Below are positions 23,999-36,906 of a stretch of 50,652 nucleotides of DNA, piece after piece; positions within the stretch are counted from its first letter, which is position 1, and each line of letters opens with the position of its first letter. Under the pieces are notes generated by a model, which saw nothing but the letters and a program-made list of their open reading frames with translations, ran no database searches and was not told the DNA's origin. Made by a program: the position numbers and the translations under genes. The stretch is taken from the NCBI RefSeq assembly GCF_001194135.2, contig NC_068981.1, positions 43,501,009 to 43,551,660 of the forward strand, read 5' to 3'. This stretch comes from Octopus bimaculoides (taxonomy: Eukaryota).

Positions 23999-24100
23999 CA
24001 CGCATACATATAATTATATATATAATTATATATACACATACATATCCACACACCACATATATCATCTTCATTTTAACTTCCACATTTCTGTGCATGAAAT

Positions 24101-24136
<36 letters not shown>

Positions 24137-24311
24137 TAGATAGATAGATAGATGTGCATATAATATATATATCATCATCATGATGATCATGATATATATA
24201 NNNNNNNNNNNNNNTATATATATATATATACACACGTACACACACGCATACATATCTATATCTACATCTATATCATTCTATCAATCAATTTATCTATCAA
24301 AAAATATATAT

Positions 24312-24342
<31 letters not shown>

Positions 24343-24400
24343 CATACATACCTGCATACATACATACATACATGCACACATATATTCACACTTAAGCACA
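21840..24400. repeat. Microsatellite-rich low-complexity tract with three assembly gaps (21946-22239, 23040-23386, 24201-24214)
   Basis: (AT)n, (ATGT)n, (AC)n and (GA)n arrays surround the N runs. Confidence 0.85.
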
Positions 24401-25285
24401 CGAAACAATTTATATTGTGTTTATTTATGAGATGAATTTATTCTACTAGAACGGGTACCTGCAGTGCGATAACATAAGAACTAAAAATGTATGCAAAAGA
24501 TGTTCATAAGGAAAATTTCAACACTTTTTCTCCTTCTTTTCATAATGTTTTTGCTTCCTTTTGATGAAACAATATGAATTATTTTGGCAAACACATTTGA
24601 CAGATGAAACTTGGAAAACTATTTCATTTGTGGGTGCTTGTGTTTGTGTTTGTATGTGTATGTGTGTGTTTATGTGTGTGTATGAGTATGTGTGTGTGCT
24701 TTTTGTTGTGTTTTGTGTAGCTTTTGTATTTGCATTCTTTCACATCACATTGTTTTCTTTGTTTAAAAATATTTTTCACACTTTCCTAGATCTTTGGAAA
24801 TTTTTGTTTGGCTAAAAAAATAAACTCTTAGTTTATCATAGTTGTCCATTTTATTAGATGAGTTTGGCACAAGTAGCAAAATGGAAACTAACTAGATGCA
24901 TTATGACATTTAAATTTGTTGTGTCATGTTTGTTTCTGCAATAGAGTTCTGCCAGTTGGTGTGTTCTGGTGTCAACTACACTTCCATTAATCTAACATTT
25001 GCACAATAATACTGTATATATACTATTTCATTGATTAACATATACACTCTCTTTACTTACATAATTCATTTTTCTTCAAGTTAAAAGCAATCATAATAAT
25101 CCTAAAAACTTCTAAAAATAACAACCAAATTTATCTCATCACATCGTATAAAAAACAAAAACAAACACATTGCATAAGTTAGTTTTAAAAAATAGAGGAG
25201 TGCCTCTGGTGACTGGTCTACATTAACGGCTTAAATGAACTATATATATTAGCAACAAAGGCAGTATTAATACTGAGAGGTAATA

Positions 25286-25549
25286 TTTATCCCCACTTAA
25301 ACATGGATATTTGTTAGTATAGCTAATACTGTAGTAGATACCATGAGAAAATCTCTCATATTGGCTTTTGGTGCAAAATGCATTCTTGTTTACATTGATT
25401 GTGGGGAGATTAATCCCCACATTCTCCAGTGCTAGCGATGTAAAGAAGAATGGATTTTGCACAAGAAGCCAATTATGAAAGTTTCTCTCATGGTTTCTAC
25501 TTCAGTCCAGTTTGTTCTAGCAGAACATTAATGTTTAAGTGGGAATAAA
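25286..25549. mobile_element. Fold-back MITE-like element with about 110-bp imperfect terminal inverted arms
   Basis: Left arm 25286-25395 aligns to the reverse complement of 25438-25549; central hairpin gtgggga-gattaa-tccccac. Confidence 0.75.
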
Positions 25550-26475
25550 ATGAACATAAACGACATAATTATTCCTGTCACCAATTATAATTTTTACTAA
25601 CACTTATGTTGATTTAATGTATAAACCTTTGCAACTAGTTTTTGTAATAATTTTAATTTCCATTATTAGTCTTCATCTTCCATTTTCAGTATTTTACCTT
25701 GCATTCAGATTATTCCAAATTACAATACGCTTTTTACATACTTATATATTTTCATAGGCTTGGTTTGAAGACATTCTTTAATGGTGGTAAATATGTTGTA
25801 CTGTGTATTGCATAGCTGTTTTCCTATACATTACATGATGAAAATTAGCAAAACTATATAGCATATAATTTATTTGCTGAAACTCAATTAAGTTTAAATT
25901 ATGGGGCTTCACTTGATTGCCTACAGCAGTCTGTCATGGGGCTTTTATTCTAAAATTATTTCATAGCAGGCATGTTTTGAGTAACTTTTCTGACAGAGAT
26001 GAATCTTAAGGGAATTAAACTCAGTAAAACAAGACAAAGAGCAACTTAACAATTAGCCTTCATATAACAGCTGGTCATGGAATTATCATACTCACTTAAG
26101 AGTTAAATGCTTTTCTTTCCATCTTTTTAGAACCGTTTCCTTTTATCATCCATCCATCATTCTCAGTATCATTCTTTCCCATTTTATTTTCCATTGCTCA
26201 CCTCTTTTACTGCACCTTCCATATATCACTCCCTCACTGCTGAGTTACAACTTAGGATTACTATACCTATTCCCTTACACTATCTTCTATTTGCTATCAC
26301 TCAACATTGCCTTTTACCTTCTGTTGATACACCCCACTTTTGTCTGCCACTCACTTTAGCCACCACTATTTACCTCTGACTGTTATCTCTGTCCCTGTAC
26401 TTCTCTCTCTTCCACTCCCTATTTGATGCCCCTATAGTTATTTCTATCTAAATCACTACCTTTACCTTTATAGCA

Positions 26476-27010
26476 CTTGACTATGATGCTGCCACACCAG
26501 TCATTGGGTGTGACTTCTTCATTGAGTACCTAATTTATGATGCGGGTGACTAGACCATAACCCACACCTCCAGATATTTCAAGCATCTCAACGGCGATTC
26601 CTGATGGGCCAGGTGCTTTCCCTGTCTTCATATCCTTAATTGCTTTATCTGCCTGGGTGCTGTCGATTTGGATAGCAGGTACCTCAATTGGGTCAACCTA
26701 TGGCAAACTCTCCTCTTCCCATTCATTCTCCACATTCAACAGTCTTTCATAATGGCATCTCCAAGCCTCTTTCTTTGCAGAATCATTAAATGAAGGTGCA
26801 CCATCATCCATATGGACACATTTCTCTCCTGTGACATCACAATTTTCTCTCACACACTGTCTTGCAATCCAAAATACTTCAGTTCTTTGGTCCTCACGTT
26901 GCTAGACATTGGAAAACTTCTTCTTTTATGCTTCTCCCTTGGCTATATATACCTGTCTTCTAGCTTCCCTTCTGGCTATCTGATACAGTTCCCTGCTACC
27001 CCCACTCTTG
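26476..27010 (-). mobile_element. RTE-clade LINE ORF fragment (region preceding the RT core), decayed
   Basis: EAWRCHYERLLNVENEWEEE...KAIKDMKTGKAPGPSGIAVEMLEISG...NDWCGSIIV. Confidence 0.88.
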
Positions 27011-28106
27011 CTTGTCACACAGGTAATGTCAATTGTTATTACTTCTCCATATGAAAATATTAAAAATTTTATTAGTTAATTCATCACCTGATCATTTATC
27101 ATAAAGATCAGTGGGTGTCATATTTAACCAAGCTCTAACCTGTATATATTTATACCTCAAATACATATGATACACCGAGTGCAGTCATTAATGATCATAA
27201 CAATCAATATGTAATCATTGTTATTAACATCATGAGCTAGCAGTTTTAATACTTTATTCAATAAGTCCTTTTAATAGTTACTTTAATGTTTTTATATTTT
27301 TTGTTGTTATTTCTTTTGTAATTTATTATGACCTTAACAGGATTTGAACTTAGAATATATTTACTGTCAATTGTTACTTGGCTTTTGAATGATTTGTCCT
27401 TAACCAATTGAGAGACACAACTGAATAATTTTATATCTTTGGTCTTGTATTCTACAATTTTTGTCAATTTGCCATGCAATATTTCATTGGAAACCGTTAC
27501 AATAGAGATGAGTGCAAGTTATTCAAATGCTATAAAGAAAATTGACAATCTCATTATATGTCTCAACTTCTGAAATTAGTTATGACAATAATTAAAGTTT
27601 TGCAGACTATTAACACCATCTTCTGAATTTTCTTTCACACATCCTGCATAACATTTTATTAGTTCAATTTCAGATGGTCATCAAGTACTTGCATTGTATT
27701 TGGCCAATTTTTTGTGTGTGTGTGTGTCAGGCCTTTATCTCTAAACAATGGCATTCATATCCTATTTCTCCATGCCCAAATTGCTTATACAATTAATAGT
27801 CCAGTTCTTAATAAAATTTTATGTATGTTTTAATGATATTTATGTTCCATTTTTCAATCATGACTATCATATTGAACTGAAACTAGCATACTATTTACTG
27901 AATGAGTTATCAGTAAATGCAGTTAAATGGTTTATGTTATTGTTTATTTTCATTTTCAGGTTGTTTTCTTTTTCTTTTTTTTTTTGCTATGCATATTCAT
28001 TTTTAATAGATTCCAGTAAATTCAAATCTGAACATGCTAATTGCTGTTGTGTTTTGTCATTGAGGAACAGTTTCACTTTTCAAATGAATGTATGTTCATA
28101 GCTCAC

Positions 28107-28311
28107 TTGATTTATTAATGCAAGTGGACTTATGAACACCTGATGTTTCAATGTCATTGTGCTTCATCAAGCCAAAGGCATCCTGTGATTTATAAGTAAT
28201 ATTAAAACTAATATTACTTGTACAAAATTCTATTCTGATATTATATCTTGTTTCTTGGGACATACATTGGTGTGATATCATTTCTTTATTGTTTGTCAGT
28301 TGGTCAAATGT
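28107..28311 (-). CDS. Candidate upstream exon (phase 0 to 1)
   Basis: Donor caa|gtgagc, modest acceptor gttgattag; 68 open codons with NIS, NIT and NKS sequons. Linkage to the other exons is unproven. Confidence 0.22.
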
Positions 28312-29584
28312 CTAATCAACTAACAAATCGATCGTTTGTTTAATGTGCTGGTTAAACAACCAGTCAGTTGTTTGTTAATCAAAGATTTTTGTTGCTGTTC
28401 ACGACCTTCTCAATGACTTCCTTCTCTCTCCAAGGTCTGCTCCCTGTCTGAAAATTGGTCATATGCTTGTGTAAGTGTATGTAATTGGATGTGTTTGCTT
28501 AGAAGAAAAGGTAAGGATGAGAATAAAGAATAGTTTGTGTGTGAGTGTGTGTGTGTGTGTGCATGCGGGTGCGTGTGTGTGTGTACACCTGTGTAAATGC
28601 TTGCATGTGCACTTGTGCGTCTGTGGGTGTGCATGAATTAGCCATCTGTGATCTCTTTAAGGGCTCCACCTTTTGTTCAAGATCAGTTCAGTCTCCGATC
28701 TGCGGGGATTTGATTGTCATCCTGTAAAAATTTATGGGTGTAGGATGTAGTTCCTTCTATGAGGAGGAGAGAATGAAAAGGGTTGGTGTGTATGTTAGTA
28801 TCTGTATGCACATGTGTGTGTGTGGATGGGCGTGCGAGCAAGTCTAGTAAATTCCTGTGTTTTAGATGTCGGAGATTATGAATATGCAAGAAAAGAATTT
28901 TTTTTTAATTTAGCCCCCCACCTCATTAAAATTTTTGATTTTGTTTACTTTAAAGAGATTGTAGTGAATTGATGAACATATGCAAATTGAAATTAAATCC
29001 AGACAAAAACATTAAAGTGAAGAGAATTTGCATTTTACTTGTGTAAATAAGAATTTAATGTAAATTAAATATATACCATTTTATGAGAAACAAACATTAA
29101 TGTTTAATAATTAATGTTATAGAGTTTAATTAGGGGCTCAAATTTCACCCCTCCCCAATTTTAAATTTTGAACTTTTTCATCCATTTATTTATCTGTCTA
29201 TCTATTTATCCCTGTCTGTTTATTTAAAAAATATATTTCTCAACTAAATGTGGCAGTCCTATAGAAGACGGTGTTACTGTTGTTTTTAGCCCCAGGAAGA
29301 CATTCATATCTATCTCTTTATACACATATCTATATCCTTATTGAATTTAAAATTTTGATAACGTGGTTTCTTGCATATTTGGAATCTCCGTCATCTAATA
29401 CACTAGGGAAAAAAAATTTCAAAAAAGTTCAAAATTTTGTTTTGCATATTCGTAATCTCTGACATCTTAAACGTAGGAATCTGAAAAAAAATTTTCAAAA
29501 ATATGCATTTTTCAAGGAGAGGTGCAAAACTGCATTAGCTCCGTATATTTTCTATTCAGTATTGGTAATGTTTCATTTATGAGA

Positions 29585-31250
29585 ACAGGCCCTGAGAGGT
29601 TTGTTGAAGTGTGTTAAGACAAGATACCAATGCTAATTTGGCTTGGCCTACCACCATGTTGATGTCAAGCATGCTGATAGTTTATAGACAACTGTTTTCT
29701 GTCATTATACTCTTGCCTATGTGTTCATCTAGTCTCTCCACTAAACTCCTAGAACTCCCCAATCATCATCATTATCATCATCATCATTTAACGTCTGCTT
29801 TCCATGCTAGCATGGGTTGGACGATTTGACTGGGGACTAGCGAACCAGATGGCTACACCAGACTCCAACCTGATTTGGCAGAGTTTCTACAGCTGGATGC
29901 CCTTCCTAATGCCAACCACTCCGAGAGTGTAGTGGGTACTTTTTACGTGCCACCGGTACAAGGGCCAGTCCGGCAGTACTGGCAACGGCTGTTGTATTTT
30001 GGTTCTTACAGTCCCCCTCCATGCACTTTATGCTGTAGACGATATTCCTGGTCTTACAGTTGATACTGAAGTTAAAAGTACATACCACAAAGTTTCTGTT
30101 AGTACATGTGGTCTGATCGAAGGGGTTTGTCTTACATAATTGTTACCTGATGGACCACCCAGGTTTCTCAGTTATCTTAATGCTCACTTTTATATCCTTC
30201 AGAGCCTTTCTAAACCTGTGGGCTAAATGTCCATGCAGTGTAGCCTCTACAAATATCACCTTCTAAAATTTATCTGTCTTGTACCATGTGTTTGCTCTGT
30301 TTGCTTCATAACAAATTCTCTATATTCTATTCCATTGTTTGCCCCAGTATTTAGAGTAGGCTCTACACGTGTCCTTACTTATGATATCTAATTTCTTCCT
30401 AGGTCCCATGTACACTCTGACACTATCTCTTTCGTCAGTGTCAGAAAACAGCATGCAGTGCATGAAGTCCTGTGCATATCTCTTTATATCAAAGGGTTGG
30501 CATGGGGTGAGGTGGGGTGGGGCACATTGTTCGTTATACTAAGTCAGCTATTAGTATGTTTATCTTTACATTGTATTATAAAGCTGAGTTTTTGTGAATA
30601 ACATATTTGGAAGTTATGGGTTTCATATAATAAGAGTGGAGGAGTTGAACCTTGTTGTTTGTAGTCTATTACCAAAGTTCCATACCAAGGACAAGGAGCC
30701 TATTGTTAGGGTGCATATTGGGGTCGTCTATTGTTATCTTGATACTCTGATGGACAGAGTTAGTTATGCACTGGATGCTCTCCACTTGGCTTCCTCAGTA
30801 CAACTACATGTGGTTGTCTTAGCTAGAATATTGACATCATCTCTATACCTACAGTGTAGTATTACATCAATAGACTGTTTATCAAGGGATTGCCTAAGTT
30901 GTATGTTCCATCAGGTCATGAAGAGTCTGGCTATATCCCCAGCCACATTCACACTGATGGCTACTCCTTGAACCTACAAATACAATTTCTTATCGAGCTG
31001 GGTCGTGTGGTTCTACAAAGAGGTTTTTATGTTGGTGCTTAGTGCATGTGCAACGATCTTTCTCACCTGATTGTTCTTCACTGGATCCTGGATGGATATA
31101 GTCTAGCCACTCCAGCATTCTGTGGTGCTCTTCTTGGCTTCTGATGTGATGGTGAGTGATCTTCCCAGCTTGGACCTAGTGGGGAAGAACCTACTAAGGT
31201 CATTGATTGTCCAGGTTGTTTCAACGCAGGTATTCACATCAAGAATCTTG
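29585..31250 (-). mobile_element. Penelope-like element (Neptune-like), RT plus GIY-YIG endonuclease, pseudogenised and split by a SINE
   Basis: GVAISVNVAGDIARLFM; RYRDDVNIL; NSVHQSIKITID; YMKPITSKYVIHKNSAL; NCKTRNIVYSIKC; IGE.SRSLVERLDEH. Confidence 0.85.
29762..29989 (-). mobile_element. Family B retroposon inserted in the PLE endonuclease
   Basis: Near-colinear with 37634-37875. Confidence 0.9.
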
Positions 31251-31889
31251 CAAACTAAATACAAAAACTGATAATATATGTTTTGAATAAATGTTTGAGA
31301 TTAATGATGATATTGATGCTACAGATATTATTGTATTTATCTATTTGTTTGGATTAAATGGGAAAAAATATTTTTGAAACTGATGTGTGAAGAATTTAAC
31401 AAAGGATGTACTGTTGTACTTTAGTGATCACATTCTTCTTCAACTTTTCTACTGAACATATTCTAATCTATGATTCTTCTTAGATTAATTATCTGTTGCA
31501 GACATTTTGTTTGGAAAAACTTATCCCTGTGTAAAACATGCAATATATTTGATGTTGTTTATGCATTATACATGCCCATTGTTATTTGCTTGGTATGGCC
31601 TTTTAATGATAGTTCCAAACAATGAAACTTTTGTTGCCAGTTAAGTAGCCCAAAATTTCCGCAAAGGGGACGTGACATATTTATTGACAATAACCACAAT
31701 CAATACTTCCAAAAGGACCCTCAAACTTTGTGGTAGGGATGTACAGGTGATACCTCCATACTCTGGACTAGAATGTCGAAGTTCTAGCAGATCTCATAAA
31801 GCAATGCATATTTCCATTCAACTTACCTGGCAAAGGAATGGTAATAACCAACTCATTGTCATAATAACAGCACAGAGTGCAGAAACAAA

Positions 31890-31950
31890 TGACATCATCT
31901 CTATACCTACAGTGTAGTATTACATCAATAGACTGTTTATCAAGGGATTG
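31890..31950 (+). repeat. Exact 61-bp copy of 30832-30892
   Basis: Identical base by base on manual comparison; followed by (tctagtattg)x2. Confidence 0.93.
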
Positions 31951-33971
31951 TCTAGTATTGTCTAGTATTGGTAATCAGTCATCACAGAGTTCTACATGAA
32001 CTACGACATGCCAGTAAAAGATGTCTTTATGGTCATTCGATTTTTTTTTTAGAAATATCAACTATATCTTCTAGAATTAAACCTTTCAATGGAGGGATAC
32101 ATTGAAAAATGTGTTTGGGGAAATCACAAATCTCTGAGATTTGTTCCCAAATCTCTGGCTGCAAACAACAGGTTTGAAGTTTGATCAACCAATAGACCTA
32201 CCACAGCTGAATTATCTTTAACCATGGGTCTGCTCAATTAGGACTGACCCGGGGTGAAACAACAACTACAACATAGCAAAGTCACTGCCTGTTCACTATC
32301 AAGGAAATAATTGAGAGATGCCTATAATATCACTAAAAAATTATTTTTTACCATTAAATGACCATAAAAAGGAGAAATATGCTACCAAATTGACAAATAC
32401 GCAACTTAACATACAAGATGATTATACACATTCAAAAAATTAAAGTAGAACCTACCAAGACTCTATTGTAAGTATCCAAACAAAACAAAATATAAAAATA
32501 TATTACATACCACATGACATGAAAATAGTGTCCATAAATAAAATAGCACAACATTTCAGCTTATTGAAATAGGGCATGAATAGTCTTTATATAGAGATAG
32601 AGGCTTTGACTTTAAAAAATTGGTTAGGGACAATATTCAAGAATATAACACCTGGCAATTATTGACAAGTGAACTTATGGAAACGTTATGCTAAGGGAAC
32701 TTCAAAAGATGACGTGAATACACTGATAAACTTCAATTATACTCTTAAGTTCTTGTTGCTCTGTATTATACATCTGATTCAAAAATTAGTAGAAACTAGG
32801 TAAACGGCCAGAGATATTTTCTTTTCTAGAAACTAATCAGAATTCTAATTCAATTTATTTCTTTCTAATGATGAAATGTTATACAAAAATGATAAAGAAA
32901 AAAGCCAACATTATTTATATTTGCTTCATTTAATTAAGGAAATCTATCTCTAAAGAAACTCCCATCTCATCAACTACTTACTTAATTTAGGTTTTGTATT
33001 ATTGGATTTTATATATTCCAGTAGTTCTTATATAAAACTTAGAAATCTCTGATAAGTACTTTACACTTGTCTGGATTTAACTTCTGCATATAAAAATACA
33101 AGAAGTTGTCTTCATATTTCTTCACATAAAATTTCCAATAATCTTCACTGAAGTGGCTAGAATTTAATGAAGTTTACATTCTCTTCAATGAAATACATTT
33201 CAGATACGTAGGTATATTTCTTTTACTGACAAGAGCTTCTTTATGAAGAACAACGAATACTTATGGTGTATGATGTTGCATTGAAGATTCAGAGTACAAT
33301 ACACTTCAACTAACATCATCAACTATTAAATGTCGAAATATCAGTCACCAGCAATAAATGTACACTGCGTAGCAATCCACTGAACGAACCACTGCACAGT
33401 TGTTCAACTGGATAGAAATAACAGCAAAATCTCCCTCAAATCACACTAATGTCTGTATATATACAAAAAGAGTACATCACATAATGTGATCCTAGTTACA
33501 TGATACGTGAAAAAGACATAGTGTGTCCAATCAATGAAATGATTTTGAACATAGGTTTGTTCACAAGATTGAATTAAGTTTAAATAACACCACAATGGAC
33601 AACAGTAGCAACTCATTGCAAGAAATATTATCCTTTGCAAAGAGGGCATATGTTAAAAATTTGTTGAGTACTGGAATTAACAAGCAGAAATGTACTTAAT
33701 GCAATTCAGCAGAATATATTTCATCATTTGCCAAACATTTCCCTTGCTCCAATGAAAGAAATCAATATAATCCCATGGGAAAACATGAAAAGTACAGCTT
33801 TGAAAATTCTTGCTCCTCCCTTTTAGCCATAATATCTCATTAACTGATTAGTTTCTTATTTAGGCAGTAAGCCAAATTTAGAATTCTCTTTTTCCCACTT
33901 TCTCATTCTTGAGCACATAAGTATATACAGAGATACATGTTTAAATATATATATATATATATATATCTTTT

Positions 33972-34051
33972 AGTACATAATACTCTATTCTGATCTTCAG
34001 CTAAATATTCTAGAATATTTAGCTGAAGATCAGAATAGAGTATTATGTACT
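33972..34051. repeat. Perfect 80-bp palindrome (40-bp arms, no spacer)
   Basis: The sequence equals its own reverse complement; centre between 34011 and 34012. Confidence 0.96.
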
Positions 34052-34354
34052 CTTAACTGTGAAACAATTGTACTAAATTAACTAAAAGGCAAGTGTTTTT
34101 ACTCTTCTCTATTGTTTTTTGTTCTGTGTGTATCAAAAATATCGCTATCAATCTGGAGTAATAATTTGTAGTTTTGAAATCAGTAGTTCTTTGACTGCTA
34201 TTTCTGAATTCTCAGTATGTTGGAGAAGCAGGTTACTGTCAATCCCTATATATTTATGATTATAAATTATTCACCGAAGAAGGTTTTTTTTCATACTGAG
34301 CTACCCGGCAGAAATTGTTAATTATTAATTTTATTACTAATTGATGATTCCCTG

Positions 34355-34464
34355 NNNNNNNNNNNNNNNNNNNNNNNNNNNNNNNNNNNNNNNNNNNNNN
34401 NNNNNNNNNNNNNNNNNNNNNNNNNNNNNNNNNNNNNNNNNNNNNNNNNNNNNNNNNNNNNNNN
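34355..34464. other. Assembly gap
   Basis: N run. Confidence 0.99.
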
Positions 34465-34486
34465 ATATATATATATATATATATAT

Positions 34487-34870
34487 TGTTGGCACTCCGT
34501 CGCTTACGATAACAAGGGTTCCAGTTGATCCGATCAACAGAACAGCCTGCTCGTGAAATTAACGTGCAAGTGGCTGAGCACCCCACAAACACGTGTACCC
34601 TTAACATAGTTCTCAGGGATATTAAGTGTGACACAAAGTGTGACAAGGCTGGACCTTTGAATTACAGGCACAACAGAAACAGGGAGTAAGAGTGAGAGAA
34701 AGTTGTGGTGAAAGAGTACAGCAGGGTTTGCCACCATCCCCTGCTGGAGCCACGTGGAGCTTTAGGTGTTTTCGCTCAATAAACACTCACAACGCCCGGT
34801 CTGGGAATCGAAACCACGACCCTATGACCGTGAGTCCGCTGCCCTAACCATTGGGCTATTGCACCTCCAC
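34487..34870 (-). mobile_element. tRNA-derived SINE, D-type head with a different body (D2)
   Basis: Reverse complement gtggaggtgcaatagcccaatggttagggcagcgg...ggtttcgattccc (A and B boxes). The body is unlike 9877. Confidence 0.82.
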
Positions 34871-34876
34871 ACACAT

Positions 34877-34923
<47 letters not shown>

Positions 34924-34952
34924 TATGCATATATATACGTATATATGTATAA

Positions 34953-35018
<66 letters not shown>

Positions 35019-35260
35019 TTCACTTAGGCATTGTGATGCTAATAACCTGGTGTTAGAACTCAATATACATATGCTTTCAGAGGAAGCATCAGTCAAGTAC
35101 AGAGCAGTAATTAGAAATTGGGTTGACAAAGGAAATGAAGAAATATGTTATGAAATTCATTAAGTTACAGCCGTTTCTGCTATAAGCTAATGAAATTCGC
35201 AACATAATTGTTTATTTCTTTCATCATCCCAATTGCATACATACATACATACATGCATGC

Positions 35261-35311
<51 letters not shown>

Positions 35312-35360
35312 GACATATATATATATATAATCCCATGTCACTGGAAGCATAGTAGTTGTC

Positions 35361-35361
<1 letters not shown>

Positions 35362-35432
<71 letters not shown>
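35362..35432. repeat. (AC)n microsatellite
   Basis: Read directly from the sequence. Confidence 0.95.
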
Positions 35433-35450
<18 letters not shown>

Positions 35451-35744
35451 AATTTAAATAATAAGGGTGAAAAATTGAATATTAATTTGCTTAATATCAA
35501 TTTAAAACCAGTGGCCTAGCATATTGAAAAATCTGAAGATTCAGGAAGATTATATTACATACATATAAGAGGGATGACTACTAAGTGGACATCCATCATG
35601 CTAGAAGTAAACCCCCTATGGTCTTACCACTAAGAAAAGATTGTTCTCAAGAAAATTCAGTAAACACCAGAACGTAAGTAAGCAAGACAAATGAAAAAAT
35701 ACAAAATATAAAGATTAATCACAAACCCAGTTTCATTTCCCCAA

Positions 35745-35790
35745 GACACCTGATGAAGGCTGGAGGGTACATCAGCCGAAATGTTGTGTT
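35745..35790 (+). ncRNA. Minimal type I hammerhead ribozyme motif (PLE-type)
   Basis: GACAC-CUGAUGA-A-GGCUG-loop10-CAGCC-GAAA-U-G-U-U-GUGUU. Helix II is 5 bp, helix I is 5 bp including one G-U, triplet GUU. Confidence 0.62.
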
Positions 35791-36906
35791 AACAACAAAC
35801 AAGATAAGGACAAATATCCCTCAATTGTAAATAATGTAAATAGTGTACATAATTCCTCATGTCTTAAATATAGAACAGTGCAGTCTATTACAGCTGCACT
35901 GGAATTCCATTGAATAAACTTTGTAGCCCTTCTGATGTCAGAGTTGATAGTACCGAGAATACGCTAGCTAGCGATACCTATCTCACTTTTAGAGAGCTTG
36001 ATCAGCCTGCACTTAGGATTGGAATGGAAATTAGGCTCTGGTCCTTAAGTGTAATAGGGTGGAGTCACTTGGTCAGGTGGCTCATGCTATCCTCGATATT
36101 AAGGCGGGTAGCTAGCTCCTATGCTTCTGTGCTTATGTCATTGTATGCCTGCGTGTATGCACGTGTGTGACGTGAGTGCGTGTGTGCATGTGTATTTGTG
36201 TGCATATGCCTTCGCATGTGTGTGTGAGGGTGCACGTGTGCGCGGATGTGTGAATGTACATCTTAGCACACATACACACTCTTATAAGTACTGATACTAC
36301 ACACAGATATATGCGTGTATTCCTGTACACATATGCATATATACCGCCATATCTACCGCCTCTTCATACCTCCCCCAACCACATGACCAATATCTTGTCC
36401 ACCACGTGGTCAATTTCCTGTTCACCATGTGGTATTTTCCATCTAACTGCTGTCGCTGAATTTACTGACATCAATACTGCATGACCTTTCTTGACCAATC
36501 GCAGGCTAACATCCAATAATAAACATTGACTCCCTTCAATCAAACTCTCATTCAAACTCCAATGGCTAAAGACCAGCCATATGTTTCAAATTCAGAGTAC
36601 TAAGGATTCTGAATCAAACTGTTTCTGTGCCTACAAATAGCTGTCTCCTTGAACATGTTCCATTTCATCACCTCACATGTCTGCTACATCCTCAACATCC
36701 TTTCAAAACCACCATTATGCCCATGCACCATGCATGCCTTTATGCACCTCACATCTCTATTTTTTTCTCCTATGCCTTGTGCATCAAACCCTACCCTACT
36801 TTATGATCTATCCTCCTTCATGAACCACTACTATCTTTCTCCCACTAACCCCCGCTCTATGCTGATATTTCTCATGACCTATACTTTCACCCTTACACCT
36901 CATTCT

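Noticed and set aside
21725-24395. Long YI/X-rich ORFs in the ORF track (also 11127-11659, 34260-35500, 46768-48088)
   Set aside because: They are (AT)n/(AC)n microsatellites and N-gaps translated as X.
27258-27543. Long minus-strand frame with a signal-peptide-like start
   Set aside because: In-frame TAA just after the only good acceptor and no ATG; consistent with a chance AT-rich ORF.
30594-30971. 125-aa plus-strand ORF
   Set aside because: It is antisense to the Penelope-like RT.
32982-33310. Minus-strand segment ending in a perfect gtaagt donor
   Set aside because: All three frames contain stops close to the donor.
34274-34323. CCGAAGA...GAAA hammerhead-like spacing downstream of the palindrome
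   Set aside because: The U4 position is C, no helix II adjoins GAAA, and there is no helix I.
36350-36900. Pyrimidine-rich region possibly from a LINE 3' end
   Set aside because: No convincing motif on manual translation.
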